A DNA stretch of 63,747 nt, the filler included, from Hausera hauseri (Eukaryota): assembly GCA_046269625.1 (NCBI GenBank). It is 11 parts of 11 records of this genome, joined end to end, with 100 filler letters (N's around TTAATTAATTAA, not from the genome) between each part and the next. Parts side by side here need not be neighbours in the genome. Positions count along the whole stretch, not along the records: positions 58,321 to 63,747 come from JBJURY010257735.1; 10 more parts are not named here. One strand, 5' to 3'. The translations under genes and the position numbers were made by a program. Of this stretch, positions 62,156 to 63,747 are shown in pieces; position 1 is the first letter of the stretch, and every line of letters starts with the position of its first letter. The notes under the pieces were generated by a model, which did not search any database, had not been told where the DNA came from, and was given only the letters and a program-made list of their open reading frames with translations.

Positions 62156-63747
62156 TTATTCCAAACGCCAATGTCCGTACGCCCAACTCTTATTTCGCCC
62201 CACCCACTTACGCTTATCATTGCATGATAAAGCAACTTTTGTATTGGTCACCATATACATCTGGTGTTCAATCGATCGGATGATCGTTTGTGACAACATC
62301 CTTTGACTGTCATTCTTCTTCATAGATGTAGCGATAATCACCGTGGTTTAATTCCGTCTGGGCCAATTGAACTCCTTTGGCGCGCATTTTCGGTCCACCG
62401 TCACTTAGGCTATAACATTTTGGCTGTAAAAATATCTATTCCCGATACTGAACCCGACCTTCACTTTCATCCTTGAAGCAGCCGATTTTGTTGATGATCG
62501 CGCTGCTGTACAATGGATGATCCGGTGGATAGTTGGACGTGTCCAGTAATACATCTGACTGCATTTGCTGCAGTAGCTGTTCGCGATTGACTTTTTTCAG
62601 CCGCAGGAAAAAACTGTCTGTCACCGGCAGTGATACTAACGTTACAGCCGCCAAACATTTGCCGGTAACGTGCCAAATTGCGATACTGTAGCTTATACAT
62701 CCGCAACTTGCTCAGGTCCAATACCACTTGTCCGCTGTAACTTGGCCGGTCCAGAACGACTTCTCTGTTTAACAGCACCTCAACCAATCCATCGGCAATG
62801 TGCATTGACCGCCGAAACTGCACCTTATTCGTGTACGTGACCAACCGCTTTTAGCTATTGCGTAGGCGTACATTGAGCCGCTTTTTCAGATTCGCCACTG
62901 TTTTTACGTACTGAGAATTGTTTTTCAGCTTGTAGTTGTCTTTTTCGAACTTTGTACAAGCTCCGGATCGTTTCTCCGAATTTCCGTCTATGTACGCCTT
63001 GAATATGGGAGCCTGAGCAAATCAGATTTCATGATGCAGCTGTGACGTGTACACCGAGCTGCATGTAGAAGTGTGGCAGACGCCAACGGACCACGTAATT
63101 CAGCTGCGGTTCATGCGTCATGAGCAGTTTCTCCACTTTTGAGCCTGGCGGACATTGGTTAAATGGTGCGACCGGTAAATCATCCAAAACGTCATGCAGC
63201 TCATTTGGTACCACGAGATCGACTTCCATCAGGTATCCGACAGCCTGCCATGTCTACTCGTAGTAGATTGACCATTATGTCGACCAGATCTTGTCTGTCG
63301 ACAATCCATTCGAATGAACCGTACGGCAAGGGTTGCGAGAGCGCCCAGCCGTACAGGTTATTGATATCAATATACAGCAGTGATGTGGTATCGGTAGCAC
63401 GGACCTGATGCTTGTTGACAAATGTCATGCTACCGTGAATACCAACATCAAACAGCCGGTACATTTCCGGGTCTTGCAGCAACTCAACGTATCGATCTAG
63501 TGACATTAGAGCTGATGCCCAACTCATTCCCTGTATGGAATAAAAGTTGAGTGGCTCCAGACTATCTTCAGCCAACGCTTTCGTTCGAAACGCTTGGAAC
63601 ACATCGGCTTATAAGTACACGTCCAGTTTAAGATAATGGAGCTTGTAATCCAACATGTTTCTACAGCCGAGTTCTAGCCAACACCTCTGCTTTCTGGTAT
63701 TCATCCTCTGCGATACCTGTCCATCGCGACAGTAATTCCTCTGCTAT
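62156..63747 (-). pseudogene. Protein-primed PolB C-terminal half, closely related to 20107-22161
   Basis: LYIDINNLYG (A), LKNNSQY.KT (B), VLDLSKLRMY, frameshifted AGD(T)DSFF (C), IGCFKDE, KVALSCNDKRKW..SWAYGH. Confidence 0.93.

Overview
This is not one locus. It is 11 eukaryotic (invertebrate-like) contigs joined by ten identical 100-nt linkers (44 N + TTAATTAATTAA + 44 N): 1-4786, 4887-12631, 12732-18020, 18121-22873, 22974-27125, 27226-31552, 31653-36361, 36462-44800, 44901-49860, 49961-58220 and 58321-63747. Contents: (i) three decayed Polinton/Maverick (adintovirus-like) fragments with protein-primed PolB, one with integrase and penton, one beside a virus-style cassette (TBP-like, dUTPase, exonuclease-like, RING, possible SSB); (ii) three diverged, decayed copies of one Ty3/Gypsy family, surrounded by mosaics of broken host-gene fragments (ATP10-type flippase, INTS3, importin-alpha, CPSF2, RhoGAP); (iii) apparently intact host genes (an SLC16-like MFS transporter, SLMAP with tiny introns, a serpin first exon); (iv) a RING-finger cluster with SUMO-interacting-like tails; (v) LINE fragments and tandem repeats. 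The best candidates for undescribed biology are a ubiquitin-like domain ending in R-x-x-GG at the Gag N-terminus of all three Gypsy copies, and a TBP-encoding Polinton-like element whose genes have TATA promoters. All calls come from manual translation and motif recognition; no searches were run.
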